Source of the DNA: a virus
Virus record (IMG/VR): IMGVR_UViG_3300027784_001663
Length of the DNA stretch: 64,000 bases
Direction: 5' to 3' (one strand)
Positions 1 to 8,741 of this stretch are shown here, piece by piece; positions within the stretch are counted from its first letter, which is position 1, and each line of letters begins with the position of its first letter. The notes under the pieces were generated by a model. The model was not told the origin of the DNA. It saw only the letters and a list, made by a program, of their open reading frames with translations, and searched no databases. The translations under genes were made by a program, and so were the position numbers.

Positions 1-503
1 TTTTTTGTTACTGGCTTCCCGTCTACAGTTTCTACCAAATTACATTGGTCCATAATAACTATATCTGAATTATCTTTATATATTTGCTTCATTCTTTTTA
101 ATCTAAGATCAAATTCATCTTCTGGAGTAATACCATAGAAAAAACAATTAATAGGACGAAATTTATGAATATCACACAAATTTGTTTTTTCATTATGAAA
201 AATACATCCTTTCGTAGTCTCTCCTTTTATAGCACCTTTCATGCTCTTTTCAATTAAATCACAAAGAGTATCATTATCTACTTTTACAAGAAACTTACTC
301 CATAAATATAAAAATTCAACATAAAAAAGTTGTGGAACTTGCAATTTACAACACCAAGCCCCACAACCGTCTTCCTTTTTTATATTTTCCATGCAACCTT
401 TTGTTTTCGGCAATCTAGCATATAAGCTATCTAGCTTAGAAAATGCTTTTTCTACTTTTGCATTACTTCTATCTATCTTTCTATAAAATTCAAAAGATTC
501 CAT
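1..503 (-). CDS. YkgJ/UPF0153-type cysteine-cluster (Fe-S/Zn) protein, 3'-truncated by window edge
   Basis: Not in ORF track. Translated by hand from ATG at 503 (AAGGA RBS upstream): MESFEFYRKID...GCMENIKKEDGCGAWCC...GCIFHNEKTNLCDIHKFRPINCFFYG; open to position 1. The CxxxCC...C-x-F...C-x-IH-x-x-RP-x-x-C pattern fits YkgJ. Confidence 0.75.
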   Translation of the reverse strand, partial: MESFEFYRKIDRSNAKVEKAFSKLDSLYARLPKTKGCMENIKKEDGCGAWCCKLQVPQLFYVEFLYLWSKFLVKVDNDTLCDLIEKSMKGAIKGETTKGCIFHNEKTNLCDIHKFRPINCFFYGITPEDEFDLRLKRMKQIYKDNSDIVIMDQCNLVETVDGKPVTK

Positions 504-524
504 AATATCCTTTATATCATTAAA

Positions 525-1142
525 TTACAAACTATCATAATCTTCATCTTTTGAAATGAATTCTATATCATCTTCTTTTTTATCTTCTTTTTCATTCACT
601 TTTTCTTCATATCTAATAGCAACACCAGGAGCTCCTGGATCTTTATATACAACTCCATCTTCTATTTCTTTTATTTTACCATTCTGTTCCCAGATGTCTA
701 AAAGAGTATTTACTTTAGATTTATCTAAAGTTTCATTTATTTGTACCTTTCCCACATTTTTAAATTCATCTTCTTCTTTAAGCTTTTCTATTAATTTACT
801 TTCATTAGTAATAACCCAATTTGGTTTTGGTTTTACTTGACTTACAGAACAAGATCCTGGAAATGATAATTTGGATTCATCATTAACTTCTAAAGTTTTA
901 GCAATAACATCTCTAAAAAAGTTAACTCTATGTTCTAATCCATTTATACTATCTCTTATATCCTTATTTTTTTTCCTTTTATAATCCTTATAAAAATTTA
1001 TTTGTTCTTTTATTTCTTGAAGCTGCATTGCAATATCTTCAATAATATATAGATCACTTAATGGACGAACATTCCCTGAGCTTTCTAACTCATATAATTC
1101 CTTTTTATTAAAAATTAATAATTCATTTTTTTCATTTTCCAC
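525..1142 (-). CDS. Gam/siphovirus Gp157-like coiled-coil protein (host-nuclease-inhibitor-like)
   Basis: Long N-terminal coiled coil followed by beta-rich KLSFPGSCSVSQVKPKPNWVITNESKL segment; GTG start with GGAGG RBS; sits in a recombination module. Confidence 0.55.
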   Translation of the reverse strand: MENEKNELLIFNKKELYELESSGNVRPLSDLYIIEDIAMQLQEIKEQINFYKDYKRKKNKDIRDSINGLEHRVNFFRDVIAKTLEVNDESKLSFPGSCSVSQVKPKPNWVITNESKLIEKLKEEDEFKNVGKVQINETLDKSKVNTLLDIWEQNGKIKEIEDGVVYKDPGAPGVAIRYEEKVNEKEDKKEDDIEFISKDEDYDSL

Positions 1143-1147
1143 AATAA

Positions 1148-1462
1148 TTAATCCTCCATTCTCCTAACGACAAGAAGTAAAGCAGTTTTCTTCTCTTGTT
1201 TAAATTCTATTTCTACCCATTCACTTTGCAAATATAATTCTTCTCCAAATTTTTCTGCTGCCAAAGATGCTATCGTAAAAGCCTTTATAGCATTATTTAC
1301 AGCAGGAGCTCCACATGTTCTCATCCTAGCAACATCATGTTTATACAAAACTGATTTAATTGCATCTGCTAATTTTTTAGCATATCCCTTTTCTGCATTA
1401 CCACCTTTTACTAAAAGCAAAGCCTCATCTTCATGTTTTTGAATATTACCGTTCTTTTCCAT
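1148..1462 (-). CDS. spoVS: SpoVS-family (Alba-like fold) protein
   Basis: KLADAI...CGAPAVNNAIKAFTIAS...EIEFKQEKKTALLLVV parallels SpoVS VAGALA...IGAGALNQAVKAVAIAR...DIQIDGEERTAIKLIV. Confidence 0.8.
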   Translation of the reverse strand: MEKNGNIQKHEDEALLLVKGGNAEKGYAKKLADAIKSVLYKHDVARMRTCGAPAVNNAIKAFTIASLAAEKFGEELYLQSEWVEIEFKQEKKTALLLVVRRMED

Positions 1463-1553
1463 ATAACTTTCTCCTTTAATCTAAATTTAACAACTTTACT
1501 ATATCTTAAATCTTGAACTATATTATTATCGAAATCTTATTTAAATTTCTGAA

Positions 1554-2573
1554 CTAAAGTAAAATTTTGTAAAAATCTTTTCTCTTTTTATCAAGTTTGG
1601 GATCATCCCATATTTTAGAGCTATGACATAAATTTTTAAAATCACAACCTTTACACTCATAACATGATTTATCTTTTGGTTTGGGTGGAGGTAATTTTTT
1701 ACTAGTTGCCATATCCTGCATAGTTAATGATTGCCATTTTATAACATCCCACCATTCATCATTACGTTCTATTTTATACCATTTCATCTCAGAATTATCT
1801 TTATTTTCATACATCAATACACCATATTCACAATCTAGAATATAGGCATAAATTGTAAGCTGTATTTCATAATATTTATGTGCCCCAAATCTTTCTAATT
1901 GAAATCTCCAAGAACTACTTCCTATTGTTTTCATATCTCCGACAATAGGCTTGCCATTTACAGGTAAAAATCTTTTATCAAAACTGATTCTTACATTCTT
2001 AAAAATATCTACATCAAAGTTACTAAAATCCAATATCAAGTCTGCATGTCCTTTAATATTTAATTCTTCATCGTAGACTAGAGTTTCAAAATAATCAAAG
2101 TCTTTACAACCACAGGCACATTTTTCTGGCTTTAAAACACCATTTACAGATTTATCTCCATATATCCGTCTTTTATCCTTAAACAAAACTTTAAGTATTT
2201 TTTCTTTATTTAAATTACTAATCAATTCCCCATCATCGTTAAAAATATAGCAACAAGAATTTTTACATCTCCATCTTCCCCTTAAAATTCGTCCCATATC
2301 TTCAAAATAATGTGACCAGCGTTCATGCATATTATGTCCCTTATCAAAAAGTCTAAGAACTCTACTATCTAGTTCTTTAAAAGGGACACTTATTAAACCC
2401 TTCTGAGCATAATGTTTATATTGTTGAGCTCTTAAACATTTTCCCCATTCACTAGGGTGATAATAATGATATTCTCTATCTTGAGATTGTTCATAATTTT
2501 TCCATCTTTTATATGTATCAACAACCCCCATTAAAGCAACAATTTCTTTTGGTACATACGATTGAGTAACCAT
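1554..2573 (-). CDS. Cas4-like PD-(D/E)XK exonuclease with Fe-S cysteines
   Basis: HPSEWGKC (first Cys), GHADL, GDMKT, QLTIY and C-terminal CKGCDFKNLC; additional Cys-rich insert WRCKNSCC...KCACGC. Confidence 0.8.
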   Translation of the reverse strand: MVTQSYVPKEIVALMGVVDTYKRWKNYEQSQDREYHYYHPSEWGKCLRAQQYKHYAQKGLISVPFKELDSRVLRLFDKGHNMHERWSHYFEDMGRILRGRWRCKNSCCYIFNDDGELISNLNKEKILKVLFKDKRRIYGDKSVNGVLKPEKCACGCKDFDYFETLVYDEELNIKGHADLILDFSNFDVDIFKNVRISFDKRFLPVNGKPIVGDMKTIGSSSWRFQLERFGAHKYYEIQLTIYAYILDCEYGVLMYENKDNSEMKWYKIERNDEWWDVIKWQSLTMQDMATSKKLPPPKPKDKSCYECKGCDFKNLCHSSKIWDDPKLDKKRKDFYKILL

Positions 2574-2585
2574 AATTCCTTTCTC

Positions 2586-3290
2586 TTATCCAAAAACTTT
2601 ATATTCTTCTTTTGCGTCCATAAAACATTTTTTTAATGACTTTTTCCCAAACTCATTTACATATTTATCAGGATCATAACCACTTGGAAGTTTAACAGGG
2701 ATATAATCTATACCCATATTCTTTAATCCATATTCTTCATATATTTTTAAAACTTTTTTTAATGCTAATTCTCCAGCTTTATCTGAATCAAACAAAAAAT
2801 AAACTTCAGGACAATACCGAGCTATCTTAGAGGCTTGAAATAGCGAAAAAGCACTTCCACATATTCCAACTGTCATAACAAAACCATTAGTATGCAAGGA
2901 TGCTACATCCATTTCGCCTTCAACTACAATAATTTTTTTATTTTTTAAAATACTATTTTTAGCATAATATAACCCATATAAATAATAACTTTTTTCAAAT
3001 CTTTCATGCCAAAATTTTGTTTTTTTATTATCATTCATCAATAGTCTAGTAGAAATAGCGATATAATTTCCATAAACATCTCTAATAGGAGTTATTAATC
3101 TTCCTTTTAATTGATGTTTCGCATATCTAGGACAATATCCCATTTCAAATTTTTTAATAGTTTTATCATTTATTTTTCGTTGATATCTCAAGTAATCCAA
3201 AGCTTCTTTTCCTGCTTTGGACCATAATACTTCTTGCCCTGCTTCAACTATTCTTTCTCTTTCTGAGTCTTTGAATCTGTCTTTCCACAC
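2586..3290 (-). CDS. dnaG: DNA primase catalytic core (TOPRIM) without zinc-binding domain
   Basis: EALDYL..RKI....IKKFEMGY, GRLITPIRD, YLYGL, VVEGEMD, FLFDSDKAG, GYDPD; no CHC2 finger. GTG start overlaps recA 3' end by 43 bp. Confidence 0.85.
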   Translation of the reverse strand: MWKDRFKDSERERIVEAGQEVLWSKAGKEALDYLRYQRKINDKTIKKFEMGYCPRYAKHQLKGRLITPIRDVYGNYIAISTRLLMNDNKKTKFWHERFEKSYYLYGLYYAKNSILKNKKIIVVEGEMDVASLHTNGFVMTVGICGSAFSLFQASKIARYCPEVYFLFDSDKAGELALKKVLKIYEEYGLKNMGIDYIPVKLPSGYDPDKYVNEFGKKSLKKCFMDAKEEYKVFG

Positions 3291-4441
3291 TTTTTATAAA
3301 CCTTTTTTTCTTCATACATTAAAAGTTCTGGCGGGAGAATCATTTTATTTTCTAAAGCTGATTCTTTTATTTCTTTAATCAAATCATCAACTAAATTATT
3401 TTTTATTAAATGATCAATAAAAGATCTTCTACCTTCAACCTTATTATCATTCCATGAGAAAACACCTTTTCTAACTGAAATAAGTTTTATTTGCCTCCCG
3501 ACATCAAAAGCAATTTCTTCGATTTCTGGGAAATAAGGTTCATAATAAATCGGGATCTCTATATTCCCAAGATAAGGTTTAGAAAGCCTATTTTTAACAA
3601 TATACACATAAGAATGCCGACCAATTAATCTATCCTCACCAGTCTCTTCATCTTCAACGTAAATATTAGCATCTTTACCACCTTTCTTTTTAACGCAAAT
3701 TCTAACGCTGGCATTATGCTTTAAAGCTTTACCTCCTGGACTAGTTTCAGGATTACCAAACATCACACCTACTTTTTCTCTCATTTGATTTATAAAAATA
3801 AGTAAAACACCATATTTCTCAGCATATCCTACAACTTTTCCAAGGGTTTGACTAAGTAGTCTAGGAATAATAGCATAAAAGTTTTTCTCACTTTTAGCAT
3901 CCCAAACATCTTTACATACTAAATTTGCTACAGTATCTAATATAATAACTTTAACATTTTCTTTTTCTGATGCACAAGTAGTACATATTCTATCTATAAC
4001 ATCTTCTGCATAAAATGTATTATCAGGATTGTCTGCATCAATCAAATTAGAATAATATAAGTCATTTACATTACAGCCATTTATAATAGCAAGGTCTTCT
4101 GAAAAAGAATGTTCACTATCTATCCATGCTACCCCATAACCCATTTTTTGAGCATAACCAGCGACACGATAAGCTAATGAAGATTTTCCCGATCCTTCAT
4201 CTCCATATATCTCAACTAGCTTTCCCAATGGTAATCCAAGAGTAGCTTTAGGATCATAATCTTTTACTTGAGACAAATCTACTTTTTGAGGATTTTCTCC
4301 TTTATTAATAATAAAATCTAAAACAAAATGACCTGTGGGAATATTCCCAGCACTTTGAAATTGAGCTCCTTTCCTAAAAAAGCCTTTTAAATTATTACTA
4401 ATAGAATCATCAGATTTTGTTTTTTTTCTTGTTTTTGCCAT
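3248..4441 (-). CDS. recA: RecA/UvsX recombinase
   Basis: Walker A GDEGSGKS, Walker B IILDTVA, NQMREKVGVMFGNPETSPGGKALKHNASVR. Confidence 0.95.
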   Translation of the reverse strand: MAKTRKKTKSDDSISNNLKGFFRKGAQFQSAGNIPTGHFVLDFIINKGENPQKVDLSQVKDYDPKATLGLPLGKLVEIYGDEGSGKSSLAYRVAGYAQKMGYGVAWIDSEHSFSEDLAIINGCNVNDLYYSNLIDADNPDNTFYAEDVIDRICTTCASEKENVKVIILDTVANLVCKDVWDAKSEKNFYAIIPRLLSQTLGKVVGYAEKYGVLLIFINQMREKVGVMFGNPETSPGGKALKHNASVRICVKKKGGKDANIYVEDEETGEDRLIGRHSYVYIVKNRLSKPYLGNIEIPIYYEPYFPEIEEIAFDVGRQIKLISVRKGVFSWNDNKVEGRRSFIDHLIKNNLVDDLIKEIKESALENKMILPPELLMYEEKKVYKKCGKTDSKTQKEKE

Positions 4442-4499
4442 AAAAAAAATACCTTAATAATTTTAAAAGAAATATAAAAAATTAAAAACTAATTTATCA

Positions 4500-5195
4500 T
4501 TATAACCAATTCATATCATCTTCACTATCTTCAGAACCACTTTCATCTATAGATTCATCTACAGATTCGCTCTGAGAACTTGATACTGTCTCATTGCTAT
4601 CATCATTATCATCAATATCTCCAAATAATCTTTTTTCAATTTCTTCTGGAGTATTAGTCTTATAAATATTTGCAAGTTTTTCTTTTGCATTATGTTCATT
4701 ATAAAATTCTTTTAAAATTTCTATTTCCTCTTTAGTTAAAGGAGTATCTTCAATAAATTGAGTCTTATATTTAGTCATTTTATTTTCTGTAACAACATCA
4801 ATAACCCAATCCCCTCCTGTTTTAACACCAGTAGGATCTTTTTCTGTTAAATTAGCTCTTTCACAAAGAGGGATATAAAAAGCAGTTTTAGGTCCCTCAA
4901 CAATTTTGATTTTTCCATCGCTTCTGTCTATACAATACATTGCATATCGTAAACTTGCTTTATTAAGTTCTTGTTCATGAGCAGCATAAACTGGGCAATT
5001 ATCTGGATCTGCGGTTATAGCTGTTCTAGCTTTATTATCAGCATCCTTTCGGAAATATTTAAAAAACTCAACAGGCTTACCTATAGGTCTAATCCTATAT
5101 TTATTATTTCTTTTTAACCACAGAAAATCTACATTTCCACTATTACTTTTTCTCAAAGCCTTACTATTACCACTGAAATCTACAAAATTACTCAT
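4500..5195 (-). CDS. T4 gp32-like single-stranded DNA-binding protein
   Basis: YRIRPIG, CPV, YAMYCIDRSDGKIKIVEG, DPTGVKTGGDWVI, TKY, and a long acidic tail ending DDMNWL; adjacent to recA. Confidence 0.7.
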   Translation of the reverse strand: MSNFVDFSGNSKALRKSNSGNVDFLWLKRNNKYRIRPIGKPVEFFKYFRKDADNKARTAITADPDNCPVYAAHEQELNKASLRYAMYCIDRSDGKIKIVEGPKTAFYIPLCERANLTEKDPTGVKTGGDWVIDVVTENKMTKYKTQFIEDTPLTKEEIEILKEFYNEHNAKEKLANIYKTNTPEEIEKRLFGDIDDNDDSNETVSSSQSESVDESIDESGSEDSEDDMNWL

Positions 5196-5239
5196 AATAA
5201 ATTCTCCTTTAAATAAAAATTGACATTAATTTATATTAA

Positions 5240-5267
5240 AATATACTCTTTTTTTATCACTTTTCAA
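5240..5267 (-). promoter_or_regulatory. Putative promoter TTGAAA-AGTGATAA..(16 nt spacer)-TATATT upstream of the SSB/recA cluster
   Basis: Plus-strand TTATCACTTTTCAA at 5254-5267, identical to 10857-10870; intergenic; sigma70-like spacing. Confidence 0.6.
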
Positions 5268-5279
5268 AAATTTTCTACT

Positions 5280-6392
5280 TTACCAACCTACAAATTTAGC
5301 TTTACCAGAATCTTTTTTTACAGATGCATTATCTGGCAAATCATCATACTCATCAAAATCCTTATTCACTCTTGAAGATTCCTGTCTAGATAAATAAGAT
5401 TTATCATATGTATCAGGACTTTTTAAAGGGATACAAATATGCATTTTTATTTCCAAAACCTTATAAGCAGCACTCAAATTTTTAGAAATCTTATCTGCTG
5501 AATCATTTAAATCTTCTAATTGAGCATAGTAATATTCTAAATCTCTCATATGATCATAATATAGTCCCTCTTGTTTTATAACAGGTTTTAAATATTGAAT
5601 TCGACTAAGGACACCTTTCAATAATTCTATCCATCTTTTAACTATATAATATTGACTATTACATTTAACTTGTATAGTTTTAACCCTATCTCTTAATACT
5701 TGAATTTTTTCCATTTTTTTATAGTTTTCTCTGCCGTCAAAAACTTCACTACTTACATCTACTGATGACTCTTCTAATTCTTTTCTATATTTATCAAATG
5801 GAATTTGACAATTCCCTAAAATATTAAAAACTAATTCTCTTTTAGTCTCATAAAACCTATTATATATTTTAGAAGGACTTTCTAATAACCATTGCACTTG
5901 TCCATTTATAATTTTAATACCTGTTTCTGCCTCAATATATTCTTCCTCATTATCTTCTTCTGTTTTCTCTACTTCTTCTTTATTATTATCCTCTACTTCT
6001 TCTTGTTTATTATTATCTTCCATTTCTTCTTCACCTGGTAACGGTCCAATTTCAACAGGTTCATTATCTTGTTCTATTTTTTCTTCTTTTTCTGATAAAT
6101 GATCAATACTATCATAATCATCCATATCTGTTTTATCCATTTTTTGTTTTTCCCCTGATATTTTAGTTAAAGACTCGTCTTTGTTCTGTTCCTGTTCTTT
6201 TATTTTTTTTGATTCAATAGATTTTCCCTTATGTTCTAAGTTTTCTATTTCTTCTGAAACTTCTGATGCAAGAGTCCCAAAATCTTCATTTTTAGGGGAA
6301 TTATTATCTATATCTACTTCTTCCTCTACTCGACTATCTGTTCTTAAAATAAACAGATCTTTAAATTTATCTAAATTTTCTCCTGTAGACAT
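5280..6392 (-). CDS. Hypothetical protein, acidic low-complexity N-half and helical/coiled-coil C-half (possibly UvsY-like mediator)
   Basis: 370-aa ORF; helical heptads in C-half; position next to SSB and recA. Function is inference only. Confidence 0.4.
   Translation of the reverse strand: MSTGENLDKFKDLFILRTDSRVEEEVDIDNNSPKNEDFGTLASEVSEEIENLEHKGKSIESKKIKEQEQNKDESLTKISGEKQKMDKTDMDDYDSIDHLSEKEEKIEQDNEPVEIGPLPGEEEMEDNNKQEEVEDNNKEEVEKTEEDNEEEYIEAETGIKIINGQVQWLLESPSKIYNRFYETKRELVFNILGNCQIPFDKYRKELEESSVDVSSEVFDGRENYKKMEKIQVLRDRVKTIQVKCNSQYYIVKRWIELLKGVLSRIQYLKPVIKQEGLYYDHMRDLEYYYAQLEDLNDSADKISKNLSAAYKVLEIKMHICIPLKSPDTYDKSYLSRQESSRVNKDFDEYDDLPDNASVKKDSGKAKFVGW
5967..6017. repeat. Imperfect tandem duplication (24 nt + 27 nt) inside the 370-aa gene
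   Basis: ctctacttcttctttattattatc followed by ctctacttcttcttgtttattattatc, encoding DNNKQEEVE-DNNKEEVE. Confidence 0.8.
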
Positions 6393-6412
6393 TCGAACCT
6401 ATTCTCCTAAAA

Positions 6413-6781
6413 TTAAAAATCGATTTCATCAAAATCTTCATTAAGACTATCTAGTGGATTGCTATTTTCCTGATTACCTTTATCTGATTTTTTATTATCT
6501 TTATTATTTATTTTTTTATCAGATTGTTTTTCACTATTCAAAGTATCCCCCCCAGATACTGTAGCTATTTTTTGTTGTAAATTCATCTCATCAAAAGCTT
6601 TTTGTGCTGAATTTATAAAATCAAGAATTAACCTTTTAGTTAAATCATTTGCTTTTTCAACATATTGACTAGAATTTTTATATTCTATCTCTTCCTCTAC
6701 TTCGACAAAAATATCTAAATTTTGAAAATTACCAAGATTAAATTTTCTATTAATTGACTTACGAATTTTTGATTTCGACAT
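6413..6781 (-). CDS. Small phage protein with RKFNLGNFQNLDI motif and acidic tail
   Basis: 122-aa ORF; the N-terminal (T/F)NLGN(F/Y) motif resembles small phage replication-region proteins; ends EDFDEIDF. Confidence 0.5.
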   Translation of the reverse strand: MSKSKIRKSINRKFNLGNFQNLDIFVEVEEEIEYKNSSQYVEKANDLTKRLILDFINSAQKAFDEMNLQQKIATVSGGDTLNSEKQSDKKINNKDNKKSDKGNQENSNPLDSLNEDFDEIDF

Positions 6782-6804
6782 AATAACACCCCTATTCTAT
6801 TTAA

Positions 6805-8736
6805 TTATTTAAACATGTCTACTGAATCTATCCCTTTTTTTATTGCTTTCTTTATATCTACTCTTATTTTAGCAAACTTTTTTGCAACCTGCTCTTTATC
6901 CTTCATAGCTTTCTTCCCTAAATATCCCCACTCAGCTAGAGATTCTATAGCCCTAGTGTCTACGACAGAATCAGTTTTTCTAGCTAAATCTTCTAAACCA
7001 CTATAAGGTTGATTATCTTCTATATTTTGAGCAGAAGCAGATCCCAAACCCTTACACAAAAGAGAAGGACGAATATAAATCTTTTTTCCACTCTTTTTTT
7101 CAACTTTATAAGAAACCTTACAATGATTTATATCTCTAGGTAAAAATTCTATATTTAATTTATTTGTAAACTCTTTTTCATAACTGTTTATTTTATCTTG
7201 GTTACCTCTTCCAGACTCTACATCTAATAAAGAACAAATAAATTCAGCTGTATAATTAGCTTTTAAATAACAAGTTAAATATGAATTAAATGCATAACAA
7301 CACGCATGACTTTTATTAAATCCATAAGAAGCGAAAGGAACTATAAATTCTTTCCAATATTGTTCAGCAACATCTTTAGGAACTTCATTTTTTACACAAC
7401 CTTCAATAAATTGCTTTTCAAATTTCTCCATCAAATGCTTCTTTTTCTTTCCAATAGCTTTTATCATTATATAACCATCAGTAATAGAAAACCCAGCTAA
7501 AGTATTACATATTTGCATAAGTTGTTCTTGATAAATAATTAAGCCATAAGTATTCTCTAAAAAAGGTTTCACATGCTTTTCAATAGAAGGATGGAAATAA
7601 TCTATTCTAGATTCTCCTTTTTTTCTTGAACAATATAATGGAATATTAGCCATAGGCCCTGGCCTATATAAAGAAATTGCTGCCATTATATCATCAAAAC
7701 TATCTACCCCAATATCTTTCATTGTATTCTGCATTCCATACTGCTCACACTGGAACACTCCCCCTAAATTACCTTCTCTATATAATTTAAAAGTTTTTTT
7801 ATTATCTAAAGAAATATTTTTTATATCTATATCTATATCATAATTTTCTTTTATTAATTTTATAGTTCTCTTTATCACTGTTAAAGTAGATATAGCTAAA
7901 ATGTCAAATTTAATCAAACCCAACGATTCTAACTGTTCTCCAGTAAATTGAGTAGCCAGTAAATCCCCTCTAGCCTTCCTTAAAGGAGCAATTTGCTTAA
8001 TGGGGATATCTGATACAACGATTCCAGCAGCGTGTGCAGAAAAATTTGCGATTATCCCTTCAATATCTCTGAGATAATCCATAATGCCGTCATATTTATC
8101 CATTTCTCTAGCAAAATCTGGACAATACTGGTAAGCATCATCAACAGATTTAATTACCTGCATATCTTGATTTTGATCTTTAATTTTGATAATACCCTTT
8201 TTAGGAAAAGGCTCTAATATTTCATCAACCCTAGCTTTATTTTCGCTTCTGTAGGCATCAGCTCCTTTGTGAAAGGCATTAGCAACATCTAAAGCCTTTG
8301 ATACCCTAGTTACACAGGATTTGAATTTAAGCAAACCATGTGTCCCGATATTACCAACATTTTCTCTTCCATATTTATCTATAATATAGTCATATACACT
8401 ATCTCTCATATCATCATCAAAATCTGTATCTATATCAGGAAAACCTGCTCTAGCAAAAGCTCTACGTTTAGGTAAAAAATCTCCATTAGGTTTACAATCT
8501 GTTAAATTTAAAGCATAAGCTGTCCAGCTATTTATAACATTCTTATTTCCTTTTTTACCCTTGTATTTTTTCCATATATTATAAAATGACTCTAGATTAT
8601 TAACCCCATTAATCCCCTCAGTCATAGATAATACTTTTAATTCTTTTTTTACATCATTTATTATCTTTTCATTCTTACCAGGATTTAATCTATCAACCTC
8701 TTCTAATATTTCTTTTACTATTTGTTTATTATCCAT
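6805..8736 (-). CDS. dnaE: DNA polymerase III alpha, C-terminal piece (catalytic palm, fingers, HhH)
   Basis: FPDIDTDF, HAAGIVVS, GLIKFDILA, GVFQCE, LYRPGPM, IYQEQLM, YGFNKSHA; ends after the HhH region in SVDMFK. Confidence 0.92.
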   Translation of the reverse strand: MDNKQIVKEILEEVDRLNPGKNEKIINDVKKELKVLSMTEGINGVNNLESFYNIWKKYKGKKGNKNVINSWTAYALNLTDCKPNGDFLPKRRAFARAGFPDIDTDFDDDMRDSVYDYIIDKYGRENVGNIGTHGLLKFKSCVTRVSKALDVANAFHKGADAYRSENKARVDEILEPFPKKGIIKIKDQNQDMQVIKSVDDAYQYCPDFAREMDKYDGIMDYLRDIEGIIANFSAHAAGIVVSDIPIKQIAPLRKARGDLLATQFTGEQLESLGLIKFDILAISTLTVIKRTIKLIKENYDIDIDIKNISLDNKKTFKLYREGNLGGVFQCEQYGMQNTMKDIGVDSFDDIMAAISLYRPGPMANIPLYCSRKKGESRIDYFHPSIEKHVKPFLENTYGLIIYQEQLMQICNTLAGFSITDGYIMIKAIGKKKKHLMEKFEKQFIEGCVKNEVPKDVAEQYWKEFIVPFASYGFNKSHACCYAFNSYLTCYLKANYTAEFICSLLDVESGRGNQDKINSYEKEFTNKLNIEFLPRDINHCKVSYKVEKKSGKKIYIRPSLLCKGLGSASAQNIEDNQPYSGLEDLARKTDSVVDTRAIESLAEWGYLGKKAMKDKEQVAKKFAKIRVDIKKAIKKGIDSVDMFK

Positions 8737-8741
8737 AATAT

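Noticed and set aside
1554-2573. CRISPR-Cas locus suggested by the Cas4-like gene
   Set aside because: No cas1/cas2 and no repeat-spacer array seen; intergenic gaps are too short.
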